A DNA stretch of 53,838 bases from a bacterium (GTDB lineage: Bacteria > Patescibacteriota > Patescibacteriia > HK-STAS-PATE-3). The notes under the pieces were generated by a model that did not search any database, had not been told where the DNA came from, and worked only from the letters and a program-made list of their open reading frames with translations. The position numbers and the translations under genes are program-made. Numbering within the stretch: the first letter of the stretch is position 1; each line of letters opens with the position of its first letter. The stretch lies in the NCBI GenBank assembly GCA_043800725.1, contig JAZDMR010000024.1:1-53838 (forward strand). The letters are read 5' to 3'. Positions 8,104 through 17,373 of this stretch are shown in pieces.

Positions 8104-8712
8104 ATGGACAACAATCAAACAAATCAGCAATCAGCCAACCCGAAGCAGACATCCCTCTTCCTGTGGGTTGTTTTGGCCGCTGTTGTACTGGCGGTGGGAG
8201 GGATGGTATGGTGGCAAATTTCTAAAAACACCAATGAAAATCAAAAAAACAATATAAATACCTTGGACTGGAAAACATTCGAAACTTCTTATGGAGGATA
8301 TATGCAATATTCATTTCAGTATCCTCCCTATCTCTCGCCACGTAAGAATTATCCAAGTGATTTGATCTCCGAAGGACCGAGGTCATGGATCGAGTCAGCG
8401 CAGAGTGGTTTTATTAGTGATAATTTTCTTCAGGAGAATGGGGGTGAATTGGAATATCTTCAAGGAGTTTCTCTAGAATTTGGAGGTTATTTTCGTGAGA
8501 TTTCAGTCGGCGAAGTGACCTATGGAAAAAATAACGCTTTAGAACGCCGTATTGAATATTCAGACACGCTCGACGGTCCGATGACGAAGATTGCCCTAGT
8601 GATATTGATGCCAACTTATGATCCGGGCTTTTTTCTTTTATTCGAAATTAGAGGCAAGAATACTACTGAGTTCAATCAAGACGTCTCTCGTTTGATCGAG
8701 ACGGTCCAATAA
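8104..8712 (+). CDS. hypothetical single-pass membrane-anchored surface protein
   Basis: N-terminal TM helix, Asn-rich linker, WKTF...YSFQYP motif of a kind common in CPR surface proteins. Confidence 0.7.
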   Translation: MDNNQTNQQSANPKQTSLFLWVVLAAVVLAVGGMVWWQISKNTNENQKNNINTLDWKTFETSYGGYMQYSFQYPPYLSPRKNYPSDLISEGPRSWIESAQSGFISDNFLQENGGELEYLQGVSLEFGGYFREISVGEVTYGKNNALERRIEYSDTLDGPMTKIALVILMPTYDPGFFLLFEIRGKNTTEFNQDVSRLIETVQ

Positions 8713-8748
8713 ACCCAAAACAGTACCTTAACAAACTGGAGGTAAGTC

Positions 8749-10293
8749 ATGAAGAAGTTTTTGATGTCTGGAGTTTGGACAATGGCATCCCTGTTCGCTT
8801 TCGTGGCTCATGCAGCAATGCCGATCAGCAGTCCGTGGCTTGCTGGGGATACCTGGCAAGGTGCTGGAAGTTGTGGGGGGTCATACTACCACGAAGGAGA
8901 CTATCATCACGGAGCAAGCGATTATGCGATCGACTTCAATCGTTACCCAGGTTGTACGAGTGATCGAGGGTGCCCACTTATAGCAGTTAAATCTGGAGTT
9001 GTCGTTTTCGCGGGTTCAAGCGGCGGATTCGGCAATTGTGTCAAGATTGATCACGGCTACTATAACGGAAAACAGACTACTACCTTTTATGCTCATCTGC
9101 TTAACGGAGGGCCCTTCGTGGTTCTCGGTGAACAGGTCGAACAAGGCTGTGTCGTCGGATTATGCGGTAATACAGGTGGAACTTCAACTGGCGAACATCT
9201 GCACTTCGAGGAACGGGAAAATAACCGGTCTGTGAGAATCAGTTCTATGGATTCATACAACTGGTGCGACTCACAATCCTGCGACGGCCATGTATTAACT
9301 TCGAAGAACGTAAAGCTCCTCGACCTCGCCTACGACCGCAACGGCGGCTCCTACTGGATCGGCAATCGTGAGTATCAGATGTGGGATCTGACCCAGGCTC
9401 GGTCCGCGAACCCAAACCATCCCTGGTACAATGCCTGGAACCAGAACGATCTCTACCGCTCAGACAAGACTCCTAAGAACTGCGTCATCCAGCACTTGAA
9501 CGGCGGGTATTGGTGGGATTCGGCCATTGTCTACGACGGCCTGGGAGGAGCCAGACGAGCCTATGTCCTGCATTCCGGATTCTGGATTAATTGGACTAAC
9601 AATGGCGGGCCTCTTTGTTGGCTGGGCATGCCTGTAACGGACGAATACAGCCAAGGGACAGGGAAGGCGCGTCAGGACTTTCAGCGAGGCTACTTTTATT
9701 ACAACCAGGGCGCCAATCCGCAGATCTCGTTTAACCACTATCCGGTTTGCGCTCCGGGCATGACCGCCTCAGGCTGGAATCCTCGGGTCAGCTACCGCCT
9801 AGCCGACATCTACGCTTCGAGAAGCAACCCTCGCAGCTACTGGGGCGAAGCCAGCCAGTTCGCCTACAAAACCGGCTCGGTCTGGCGCCAGCGCTTTCAG
9901 TCTGGACGGACCATTGAAGTGCAGGATACCTACAACCAGAACTTTGGCGGTGAAAACCCCGACCCCAGCATCGACTTGGGAAATGATGGAGAAGAGAAAA
10001 ACACTCCCTCTCTCCAGCCTTTCTCACTCAAGGTCTTACCTAACCCCATGACTGCTGATTGCACGATCTTGCTGGATCTGTCCGCGCCTCAAACCGTGTC
10101 GCTGTCGGTCTTTGATGTGTCCGGACGGCGAATCCGACTTCTCGCCCCACTTGCCTTCCGTCTTCCTGGCCAGCATACCCTGACCTGGGACGGCCGGGAC
10201 GAGAACGGCCGCTTAAGCCCCACGGGCATCTACTATCTCCGTCTGGTCACTGCCAATGAACGGCTGACCCGGCCGATCACGGTGATACGGTGA
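8749..10293 (+). CDS. secreted M23 metallopeptidase with LGFP-like repeat and C-terminal FlgD-Ig/T9SS type-A-like domain
   Basis: Signal peptide; H....YAIDF, YAHL, STGEHLHFE; LGMPVTDE; PNP...VFDVSGRRIR...WDGRDENG...TGIYY. Confidence 0.85.
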   Translation: MKKFLMSGVWTMASLFAFVAHAAMPISSPWLAGDTWQGAGSCGGSYYHEGDYHHGASDYAIDFNRYPGCTSDRGCPLIAVKSGVVVFAGSSGGFGNCVKIDHGYYNGKQTTTFYAHLLNGGPFVVLGEQVEQGCVVGLCGNTGGTSTGEHLHFEERENNRSVRISSMDSYNWCDSQSCDGHVLTSKNVKLLDLAYDRNGGSYWIGNREYQMWDLTQARSANPNHPWYNAWNQNDLYRSDKTPKNCVIQHLNGGYWWDSAIVYDGLGGARRAYVLHSGFWINWTNNGGPLCWLGMPVTDEYSQGTGKARQDFQRGYFYYNQGANPQISFNHYPVCAPGMTASGWNPRVSYRLADIYASRSNPRSYWGEASQFAYKTGSVWRQRFQSGRTIEVQDTYNQNFGGENPDPSIDLGNDGEEKNTPSLQPFSLKVLPNPMTADCTILLDLSAPQTVSLSVFDVSGRRIRLLAPLAFRLPGQHTLTWDGRDENGRLSPTGIYYLRLVTANERLTRPITVIR

Positions 10294-10345
10294 CCCGAAA
10301 CCAAAACGAAAAGTGTAAAATCGAACTTCTTTTCTGCACTTCAAC

Positions 10346-10390
10346 GGAAGCCTGGTCAATTCATTGACTGGGCTTCCTTTATATCTTTTT
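10346..10390 (+). terminator. intrinsic terminator after the M23 gene
   Basis: GGAAGCCTGGTCAAT/ATTGACTGGGCTTCC stem followed by a T-rich tract. Confidence 0.75.
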
Positions 10391-10713
10391 AATATTCCTC
10401 TTTGCCTTTAATAAAATAAATAACTAATATACAATTCCAATGTTATCTTGCTGGCTTTTCAAATTAAGGATATGAACCACATAAAGGGAGAGATGTCTAT
10501 ACAGCCTGCCTGTGCTATTCACTGCCAATGGTATGCCCCAACTATCGTATCCCGTAAGAAAAAACTATTTGCCGTTCCCCTGCCCCTGTCACCCTAAATC
10601 ATGAAACCCACACCTGTTAATAAGTCTCGCTTCTTGTCATACATAAAAAATTCTACTAAGACATATTTGGAGTAATTCTTTTGGCTAGCTCTTTCACTCG
10701 TAGGAGGTCGTGC

Positions 10714-10965
10714 ATGAGCAACAAGGAAGTTGTCCGGGTTGGTACTGTTTCGGGTCGGCGGTGGCTTGGCAAGCAAACTATTCTGACCACTGGACCAATC
10801 TCTCCTGGCAATCTGATCCGATTCGGTACTTCTGATCCTTGTTCGCCCACCTTTATGCTCTGTGAATCTGACTTTGCCTCGCCCAGCCGGGATGGCGAGA
10901 TCAGGATCCATATGCCCTTCAAGAAGATCCACTCCGGTACGCCGGTATTTGTGGTCAGCTCTTGA
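10714..10965 (+). CDS. small hypothetical protein
   Basis: ATG 10714 preceded by GGAGGT SD; 83-aa ORF, no recognised domain. Confidence 0.5.
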   Translation: MSNKEVVRVGTVSGRRWLGKQTILTTGPISPGNLIRFGTSDPCSPTFMLCESDFASPSRDGEIRIHMPFKKIHSGTPVFVVSS

Positions 10966-11233
10966 CCAGCACGCTTAGAGCCCTATCTGAAACCAATTCA
11001 GCAGGGCTTTCTCTTCGCCTTATTTATTAATGCCAAATACTTGCTTTTAATACGATTATCTGATACTTTATCTAACGTTTACAGGTCTTTTAATATATCT
11101 TAAATCCCCCACCTAGCAGATGACGTGCGCAGGAACGAGCAGGCATCTGCGAGGAAAGGAGGACGCGAGCGAAAGCTGAAGTATTCTACGGCTACAGAAT
11201 ACGGAGGCTGAAGCACGCGAACGACGCCGACGA

Positions 11234-11308
11234 GGGTCCATAGCTCAATGGTAGAGCAACTGCCTTTTAAGCAGTGGGTTGCAGGTTCGATCCCTGCTGG
11301 ACCCACCA
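11234..11308 (+). tRNA. tRNA-Lys(TTT)
   Basis: Acceptor stem GGGTCCA/TGGACCC, anticodon arm ACTGC-CTTTTAA-GCAGT, GGTTCGA T-loop, encoded CCA. Confidence 0.97.
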
Positions 11309-11440
11309 CGGGCCAATCAGCCCTTCACCCTACGTTTCCCGTCGAGAGATGAAAGCCCTAGTAAATGACAGATTAATTGACAGCTAAATTTGAGAAAGAT
11401 ATACTTGTCCTGACATTTCTGGTGGCCCAAGGATAAAAAC

Positions 11441-11719
11441 ATGAACCAACCTCTAACTAAACATGACCTAAAACAAGCAGTTCAGGAGATTGTTGCACAT
11501 TTTAATAAAGGTCAAGGGCTTCAAAATGAACAGATAAAGGAGGTAAATGTTGAAATGAAAGATATAAAAAATGATCTTAGCGAGGTTAAACAAGACGCGT
11601 CAAAAATCAAGCTGGCCGTGGTTGACCTGATGGATACTTACCGCCGCCTGCATAATCCGGTAAGCGTTTTTAAGTGTGAGGAAATCAAACTAACCGAACG
11701 GAAAATATTCTCCAACTAA
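11441..11719 (+). CDS. hypothetical coiled-coil protein
   Basis: Heptad pattern; TTGACA-17-TATACT promoter at 11377-11405. Confidence 0.65.
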   Translation: MNQPLTKHDLKQAVQEIVAHFNKGQGLQNEQIKEVNVEMKDIKNDLSEVKQDASKIKLAVVDLMDTYRRLHNPVSVFKCEEIKLTERKIFSN

Positions 11720-11720
11720 C

Positions 11721-12254
11721 TTATTTTGCCTGCCTGGCCCGCTCAATCAGTTTTAATAGCACCTGCCGGGTAACATCCACGTCAGCCAGGGCGCGGTGGG
11801 CTTCGGGTTGCGACACTTTCAGATAAGCGGCAACGTTTTTCAGGCTGTAACTGGGAATTATTAAATACCGTTTGGCTAATGCCAGAGTATCCAGGGTTTC
11901 ATTTTCCAAATGAGGCTGTTCCAAGCGCGAATATTCCGAATTGATAAAACTCATGTCAAAGCCAATGTTATGGCCTACTAATACGCAGCCATTGGTAAAT
12001 TCACGAAACTCGTTAAACACATCCAGGACGGGCCGGCCTGATTCAGCCAGCATCTCGTCAGTAATGCCATGGATGGCCTGACTTTCAGCCGGCAATAGTT
12101 TGGATATTCGGATCAGCGATTCAAAAGTGCTTAATATTTCTTCACCCTGGATTTTTTGGCCGGCAACCTCAATCACGCTATGACCCTCATTTGGATTCAT
12201 GCCCGTGGTTTCGACATCGACTATTACTAATTGTAGTTTTTTAAAATCTTCCAT
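11721..12254 (-). CDS. DEDDh 3'-5' exonuclease (DNA polymerase III epsilon-like)
   Basis: DVETTG, GHNIGFD, HRALAD; start placed at ATG 12254. Confidence 0.92.
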   Translation of the reverse strand: MEDFKKLQLVIVDVETTGMNPNEGHSVIEVAGQKIQGEEILSTFESLIRISKLLPAESQAIHGITDEMLAESGRPVLDVFNEFREFTNGCVLVGHNIGFDMSFINSEYSRLEQPHLENETLDTLALAKRYLIIPSYSLKNVAAYLKVSQPEAHRALADVDVTRQVLLKLIERARQAK

Positions 12255-12376
12255 AATGCGCTTAACCCTACCGAATTTGGCGTTTTCTGGCAAGTTTCAT
12301 GCTAATTGGGGATAGATTGTGGAGCTTTATGCCCTTGTCAGAATGCTTGTTGACTCATAAGATAATGGGGCTACTT

Positions 12377-13744
12377 ATGGCTGAAACAACCACTAATCTA
12401 AAAGAAAAAGTACCGCCTCAGAATACTGATGCTGAACAGACTACTCTGGGCAGTTTATTAATAGATAAAGACGCTATCGTTAAAATAGCTGATCAGCTCA
12501 AGCCTGAGGATTTTTATCGCGATATTCATGGCATCATCTACCAGGCCATGCTGGAAATTTACGGCCAGCAAGAGCCGATTGATATACTTTCGCTGACCAA
12601 CCGGCTTAGTGAAAAAAAGCAGCTGGAAAAAATTGGCGGCCGGACATATTTGGCTGAATTGTCCAGCAGCATTGCCACGGCATCCAATGTAGTAAATCAC
12701 GCTCATATTATTCAGCGCAAAGCCACCCTGCGCCGTTTGATTCAGGCTTCCCAGGAAATTAATGCGCTGGGTTATAAAGAAACGGATGAGGTTGATATCG
12801 TGCTGGATCAAGCCGAGCAGCGGTTGTTTGAAGTTTCGCAAAAATATCTCAAGCAGAATTTCATTTCAATCCAGAGCGCCCTAACTGAAGCATTTGAAAG
12901 AATTGACGATTTGCATCAGCAGACCGGCAAGATGCGCGGCCTGCCTACCGGCTATACTGACCTGGATGCTATCTTGGCCGGCTTGCAGAGATCAGACCTG
13001 ATTGTTATTGCCGCCCGCCCTTCCCTGGGTAAGACTACTCTTGCTTTAGATCTGGCCAGGCAAGTGGCTATTAATTCAAAAACCACAGTAGGCATTTTCA
13101 GCTTGGAAATGTCCAAGGAGCAATTAATCGACCGCTTGCTTTGCGCGCAAGCTAATGTGAGCTTATGGAAAATGCGTACGGGTAAATTATCCTCCACTGA
13201 GGATGACGATGATTTTCCCAGGATTGGCAATGCCATGGGTATTTTATCCGAGGCGCCAATTTTTATAGACGATTCAGCTATCACCTCAGTCATGGAAATG
13301 CGCACCAAGGCCCGGCGGCTGAAGTCCGAGCATGGCCTGGGCTTGTTGGTTGTCGACTATTTGCAGCTAATGGAAGGCCGACTCGAATCAGAAAGCCGGG
13401 TCCAGCAAGTCACGGAAATTACCCGGGCGCTAAAAGGCTTGGCCAAAGAGTTGGATGTGCCGGTAATTGCCATTTCCCAGCTCTCCCGCGCTACCGAAGC
13501 CCGCAACCCGCCTATCCCAAAGCTGGCCGACCTGCGCGAATCAGGCTCTATCGAACAGGACGCTGACGTGGTCATGTTCATCTACCGCGAGGCGGTTTAT
13601 AGGCCGGACACGGAAAAGCGCCATATTGCTGAAATACACATTGCCAAACATCGCAACGGACCGACCGGCATTATTCAGCTTTATTTTGACGAGAACTCAG
13701 TCAGCTTCAAGAACTTAGAAACCAAGGTCGACCCCGGGTTTTAA
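12377..13744 (+). CDS. dnaB: replicative DNA helicase
   Basis: PPQN..AEQ, AARPSLGKT, DYLQL, DLRESGSIEQDAD, KHRNGP; start placed at ATG 12377. Confidence 0.97.
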   Translation: MAETTTNLKEKVPPQNTDAEQTTLGSLLIDKDAIVKIADQLKPEDFYRDIHGIIYQAMLEIYGQQEPIDILSLTNRLSEKKQLEKIGGRTYLAELSSSIATASNVVNHAHIIQRKATLRRLIQASQEINALGYKETDEVDIVLDQAEQRLFEVSQKYLKQNFISIQSALTEAFERIDDLHQQTGKMRGLPTGYTDLDAILAGLQRSDLIVIAARPSLGKTTLALDLARQVAINSKTTVGIFSLEMSKEQLIDRLLCAQANVSLWKMRTGKLSSTEDDDDFPRIGNAMGILSEAPIFIDDSAITSVMEMRTKARRLKSEHGLGLLVVDYLQLMEGRLESESRVQQVTEITRALKGLAKELDVPVIAISQLSRATEARNPPIPKLADLRESGSIEQDADVVMFIYREAVYRPDTEKRHIAEIHIAKHRNGPTGIIQLYFDENSVSFKNLETKVDPGF

Positions 13745-13873
13745 CTTAAATTGTGATAGCCAAGCTCCCATGCTTGTCGTTCGTAAAGGACCCTGGTCAG
13801 GCATGGAAGTCCAACCAAGCTATTTAAAATTGCTATTCCCCATCTCCCTCTTTTTCTGCTAAACTAATCCCAT

Positions 13874-14170
13874 ATGTTTGACAAACTTAAACAAATCAAA
13901 GACCTGCGAGATCAAGCCAAGGCTTTGCAGGATATACTTGCCCAAGAAACCATTAACCACGATGTTAAGGACGGCAAATTAAGCATGGTTATGGACGGCA
14001 ATCAAAAAGTCTTATCCCTTTCAATTGATCCGGAGTATTTAACTTCGGAGAAAAAAGAAGACTTGGAGCAGGGTTTGAAAGAACTCATGACTGAAACCAC
14101 TGAAAAGGCCCAACAGCAAGTAGCCCTTAAAATGCGCTCTTCCGGAATGAGCTTGCCGGGAATGGGCTAA
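13874..14170 (+). CDS. ybaB: YbaB/EbfC nucleoid-associated protein
   Basis: Size, MDGNQKVLSLSIDP, position directly upstream of recR. Confidence 0.85.
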   Translation: MFDKLKQIKDLRDQAKALQDILAQETINHDVKDGKLSMVMDGNQKVLSLSIDPEYLTSEKKEDLEQGLKELMTETTEKAQQQVALKMRSSGMSLPGMG

Positions 14171-14180
14171 GGAGTAAGTC

Positions 14181-14798
14181 ATGACCAGATACCCTGAACC
14201 GATTAAGGCTTTGATCGAGGCTTTTTCCCAGCTGCCCGGCGTGGGCCAGAAAACGGCCGAACGCTATGTTTTTTATTTGCTGGCCCAGCCCAAACAATCG
14301 CTTGAAGGCTTGGGGCAGGCTGTCGTTCACTTACGCGATAAAATTACCACTTGTTCAATCTGCAGCACTTTTACGGAAACTGATCCGTGCGATATTTGCT
14401 CAGACAGCCAGCGTTCAAAAACCGAGGTTTGTATTGTGGCTCAAACACCCGACCTGCTAGCCATCGAAGCCACCAGCGAATTCAAAGGCCGCTACCATGT
14501 CTTGGGCGGGGTGCTGAACCCAATTGAGGGTATTACCCCGGATCAGCTCAACACCAAGTCGCTTCTTGATCGAATTACCAAAGACTCGGTTGCTGAAGTT
14601 TTGATTGCCACTAACCCGGACATGGAGGGTGAGGCCACGGCTTTGTATCTGTACAAATTACTAAAGCCGACAAATGTAAAAATCACCCGCCTTGCCCGCG
14701 GCCTGCCTATGGGCAGCAACTTAGAATATGCTGATGAAGCCACGCTCGGCAATGCCATTAAGGGCCGTCGAGATATGAACAATGGCATAGCAGACTAA
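14181..14798 (+). CDS. recR: recombination mediator RecR
   Basis: LPGVGQKTAER, C4 zinc finger, YHVLGG, TRLARGLP. Confidence 0.97.
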   Translation: MTRYPEPIKALIEAFSQLPGVGQKTAERYVFYLLAQPKQSLEGLGQAVVHLRDKITTCSICSTFTETDPCDICSDSQRSKTEVCIVAQTPDLLAIEATSEFKGRYHVLGGVLNPIEGITPDQLNTKSLLDRITKDSVAEVLIATNPDMEGEATALYLYKLLKPTNVKITRLARGLPMGSNLEYADEATLGNAIKGRRDMNNGIAD

Positions 14799-14897
14799 TA
14801 ATCAAATTCCAAAAAGTAAACAATAATCAAAACTCAAATTCTTTTGATCAATTGATTATTGGAATTTGTTTGCTATTTGTAAATTGTACCTTAGTAC

Positions 14898-15215
14898 CTA
14901 TCCTGTTGGTGCTGTGATTTTGGAAATCTTCAGCTCAACAATGGACTGGCGATGGCCGGTCTTTTTCCGATAGCGAGTCTTGGACTTGTATTTTTGAACA
15001 ATGACTTTCTTGTCTTTGCCTTCTTTGACCACTTCAGCCGTGACTGAAGCGCCTTTGACTATGGGCTTGCCTACCAGGGTTTTCTTACCATCGTTAATAA
15101 GCAGGACATCCTTAAGCTCGATTGTCTTGCCTTTTACGGGAAATTTATTAACCTTGATTGTCTTGTTTGGGCTGACTTTGAACTGTCGGCCGCTGTGTCT
15201 GATTACTGCAAACAT
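14898..15215 (-). CDS. rplU: 50S ribosomal protein L21
   Basis: MFAVI..GRQFKV, GHRQ. Confidence 0.97.
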   Translation of the reverse strand: MFAVIRHSGRQFKVSPNKTIKVNKFPVKGKTIELKDVLLINDGKKTLVGKPIVKGASVTAEVVKEGKDKKVIVQKYKSKTRYRKKTGHRQSIVELKISKITAPTG

Positions 15216-15358
15216 TGTCTTTATTTAATATTGATAACGCGAGTATGCTAGCATGTTAACTTGGGGTAGTCAACATTATCCCACAGCGCAGACTAGAAAG
15301 CATTCGTTGTGTATATTTTTTAATACAGCGCATCCTTTCTAAGGTGCGCTGGGTAAAA

Positions 15359-15856
15359 TCACTCAACCACCACTTCATCCCCCACTTCGATGCTGTTTGA
15401 CGCGCAAAAGCCAGCCTCCACCTCCAGCACCAGATCGATAATCTGACTGGGACGATAAATGGCCAGGTCCATATTGTTTTCCGAGGGTAATACATTTTCA
15501 AATATCTCCACTACTCTACCCTGATATATCCAGATGAAATCTATGGCAAACTTCATATCTTTCATCCAAAATGACGGCTGCTGGGCAGTCTCGTAAACAA
15601 ACAACATGCCGGCATTCGGCTCCAAGCTGTCGCGTCCGCTTAATCCCAAGGCTTGAGTATCAGAACTGGTAGCCAAATCTACAGTAATGACTATGTTATC
15701 AATAGTAACCGTGGCCTGCCCGTCGTTTAAGTCTGGCTCCAGCTCAGAGGTAAAATATGCCTGATAAACCAACCAAGCAAACACTGCTAATAAAGCGGCG
15801 CCAATCACTACGACAAAGGCAGCAGTAAGGGTCTGGTTTTTTAGGTTTTTAGCCAT
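15359..15856 (-). CDS. DUF192 domain membrane-anchored protein
   Basis: GLSGR, GMLFVY, FWMKDMKFAID, VLEV.AG. Confidence 0.9.
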   Translation of the reverse strand: MAKNLKNQTLTAAFVVVIGAALLAVFAWLVYQAYFTSELEPDLNDGQATVTIDNIVITVDLATSSDTQALGLSGRDSLEPNAGMLFVYETAQQPSFWMKDMKFAIDFIWIYQGRVVEIFENVLPSENNMDLAIYRPSQIIDLVLEVEAGFCASNSIEVGDEVVVE

Positions 15857-16967
15857 TAGTTGTATTATTTTGCTGATTAATTTTTTGATAGCGCATTACT
15901 AACCAAACGCCTAGGCCAACCATCACCACGGCTAAAACAATCAAAGCATACAGCTTCTCTAATCCACGAAAAAACAATGTAGTGCTGCCAAAAATTAAAG
16001 TAAGCAAATAAAGAAATAGGACAGCGCTGCGATGGCTAAAGCCCACGTCCAGTAAGCGAAAATGCAAATGCTTGCGGTCAGTGCTAAAGGCCGATCTTTT
16101 TTCAATAAACAGTCTGCGCGTAATCACCCAAATTACGTCTAATATTGGAATACCCATAATCAATAGGGCTGTGGCGATTTTACCGCCACTGACAATCGCC
16201 AGACTGCCCAGCAAAAAACCGACTAACAGACTGCCGCCTTGGCCTAGAAATATTTTAGCCGGTGTAAAATTATAAATCAGGAAGCCGGCGCAACTGCCCG
16301 CCAAGGCTAAGGCAATCAAACCGGTACCCATTTGATTGACATCGGTCATTTGAGTGACCCCGAATATTATTATCGCGCCAATCATGGTAATTCCACTAAC
16401 TAAACCATCCAAACCGTCCAGCAGTTTGGTTGTATACATCATACCCATCAGCCAGATAAAAGTAATTAAATCAGCCAGTAGGGTTAACTGATAACCAATT
16501 CCTTCCATGGAAAAAACCGTGACCTTCCAAGTATCCAGCTTGATAATTCCGCCCAAGGGATTAGTAATAAAATCCATGCCCAGGCCGGAGATAATCACAA
16601 TTCCGCAAGCTAAAATCGACCAGATTAACTGTTTGGCCGGCTTAAAATTAAATTTATCATCCAAACTACCCCCAATCATAATCAATAAGCCGGCAATCAG
16701 CAGCCCATAAACCACCTTGGGGGCAATTGAATCAGAGGTTAACTGATTAGTCAGCATTAAAGTTAAAACAACGCCGGTAAAAGCCAGATATATTGCCCAG
16801 CCGCCCAGCAGTGGTTTGGGTTGAATATGGATTTTCCGGTCTCTATCGTGGCCGGGGTAGTCTAATACATTGAGCTTCTTGGCCAAGCGCTTGATTACTA
16901 AAGTTAGCAGCACGGCAATTACAAAGGCTCCCCCGAATGAAAAGATAATTAAGCCTAGGTCGCTCAT
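15849..16967 (-). CDS. glycosyltransferase family 4 (WecA/TagO-like undecaprenyl-phosphate GlcNAc-1-P transferase)
   Basis: RKIH..P.P.LGG, DD, DGLDGL, PAKIFLG, DRKHLH; multiple TM helices. Confidence 0.92.
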   Translation of the reverse strand: MSDLGLIIFSFGGAFVIAVLLTLVIKRLAKKLNVLDYPGHDRDRKIHIQPKPLLGGWAIYLAFTGVVLTLMLTNQLTSDSIAPKVVYGLLIAGLLIMIGGSLDDKFNFKPAKQLIWSILACGIVIISGLGMDFITNPLGGIIKLDTWKVTVFSMEGIGYQLTLLADLITFIWLMGMMYTTKLLDGLDGLVSGITMIGAIIIFGVTQMTDVNQMGTGLIALALAGSCAGFLIYNFTPAKIFLGQGGSLLVGFLLGSLAIVSGGKIATALLIMGIPILDVIWVITRRLFIEKRSAFSTDRKHLHFRLLDVGFSHRSAVLFLYLLTLIFGSTTLFFRGLEKLYALIVLAVVMVGLGVWLVMRYQKINQQNNTTNG

Positions 16968-17371
16968 AATCGTAAACGACGGTCGAGATATGATTGAAGA
17001 ATTAACTTGGCTGCTGTTTCATCGTCTTTCTGTTTTTTTCCGGCTACTCGATCTAAACGCGCTCCTGCTTGTGAACTAAGCCGCTCTTCTTCAAACTCCA
17101 AAGGTAGGGCCGTTTCTTTGCGAATTATTTCAGCTGCTTCACGAACAAACTTTTCTTGCTCGCTAATTTTTGAACTCTGGGTCATGGGTATTGGCAAACC
17201 GACAACTAACCGGTTTACTTCTTCTTCTTGGATTAGCTGATTAATTTGCTTGATTACCACCCTCAGGTCTCCGGTAACGCTGCCCCGACCAAAAGCCCAG
17301 CGCTGTTCCGGATCAGAAATTGCCAGACCGGTATATTTTTTTCCTAAATCAATAGCTAAAATTCTCGGCAT
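16964..17371 (-). CDS. ruvX: RuvX/YqgF family nuclease
   Basis: ILAIDLG...GLAISD, VVGLP, EERLSS, AA.LILQSYL. Confidence 0.92.
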   Translation of the reverse strand: MPRILAIDLGKKYTGLAISDPEQRWAFGRGSVTGDLRVVIKQINQLIQEEEVNRLVVGLPIPMTQSSKISEQEKFVREAAEIIRKETALPLEFEEERLSSQAGARLDRVAGKKQKDDETAAKLILQSYLDRRLRL

Positions 17372-17373
17372 AA

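Noticed and set aside
11100-11309. 69-aa minus-strand ORF (and 42454-42696 likewise)
   Set aside because: These are antisense shadows of tRNA genes
12377-13744. Intein in DnaB
   Set aside because: Normal length with contiguous helicase motifs
14799-14885. AT-rich imperfect inverted repeat between recR and rplU
   Set aside because: Low complexity; adequately explained as a terminator region between convergent genes
15284-15350. CAGCGCA...TGCGCTG hairpins after the DUF192 gene
   Set aside because: Probably a terminator or solitary REP-like palindrome; no second copy or transposase in the window
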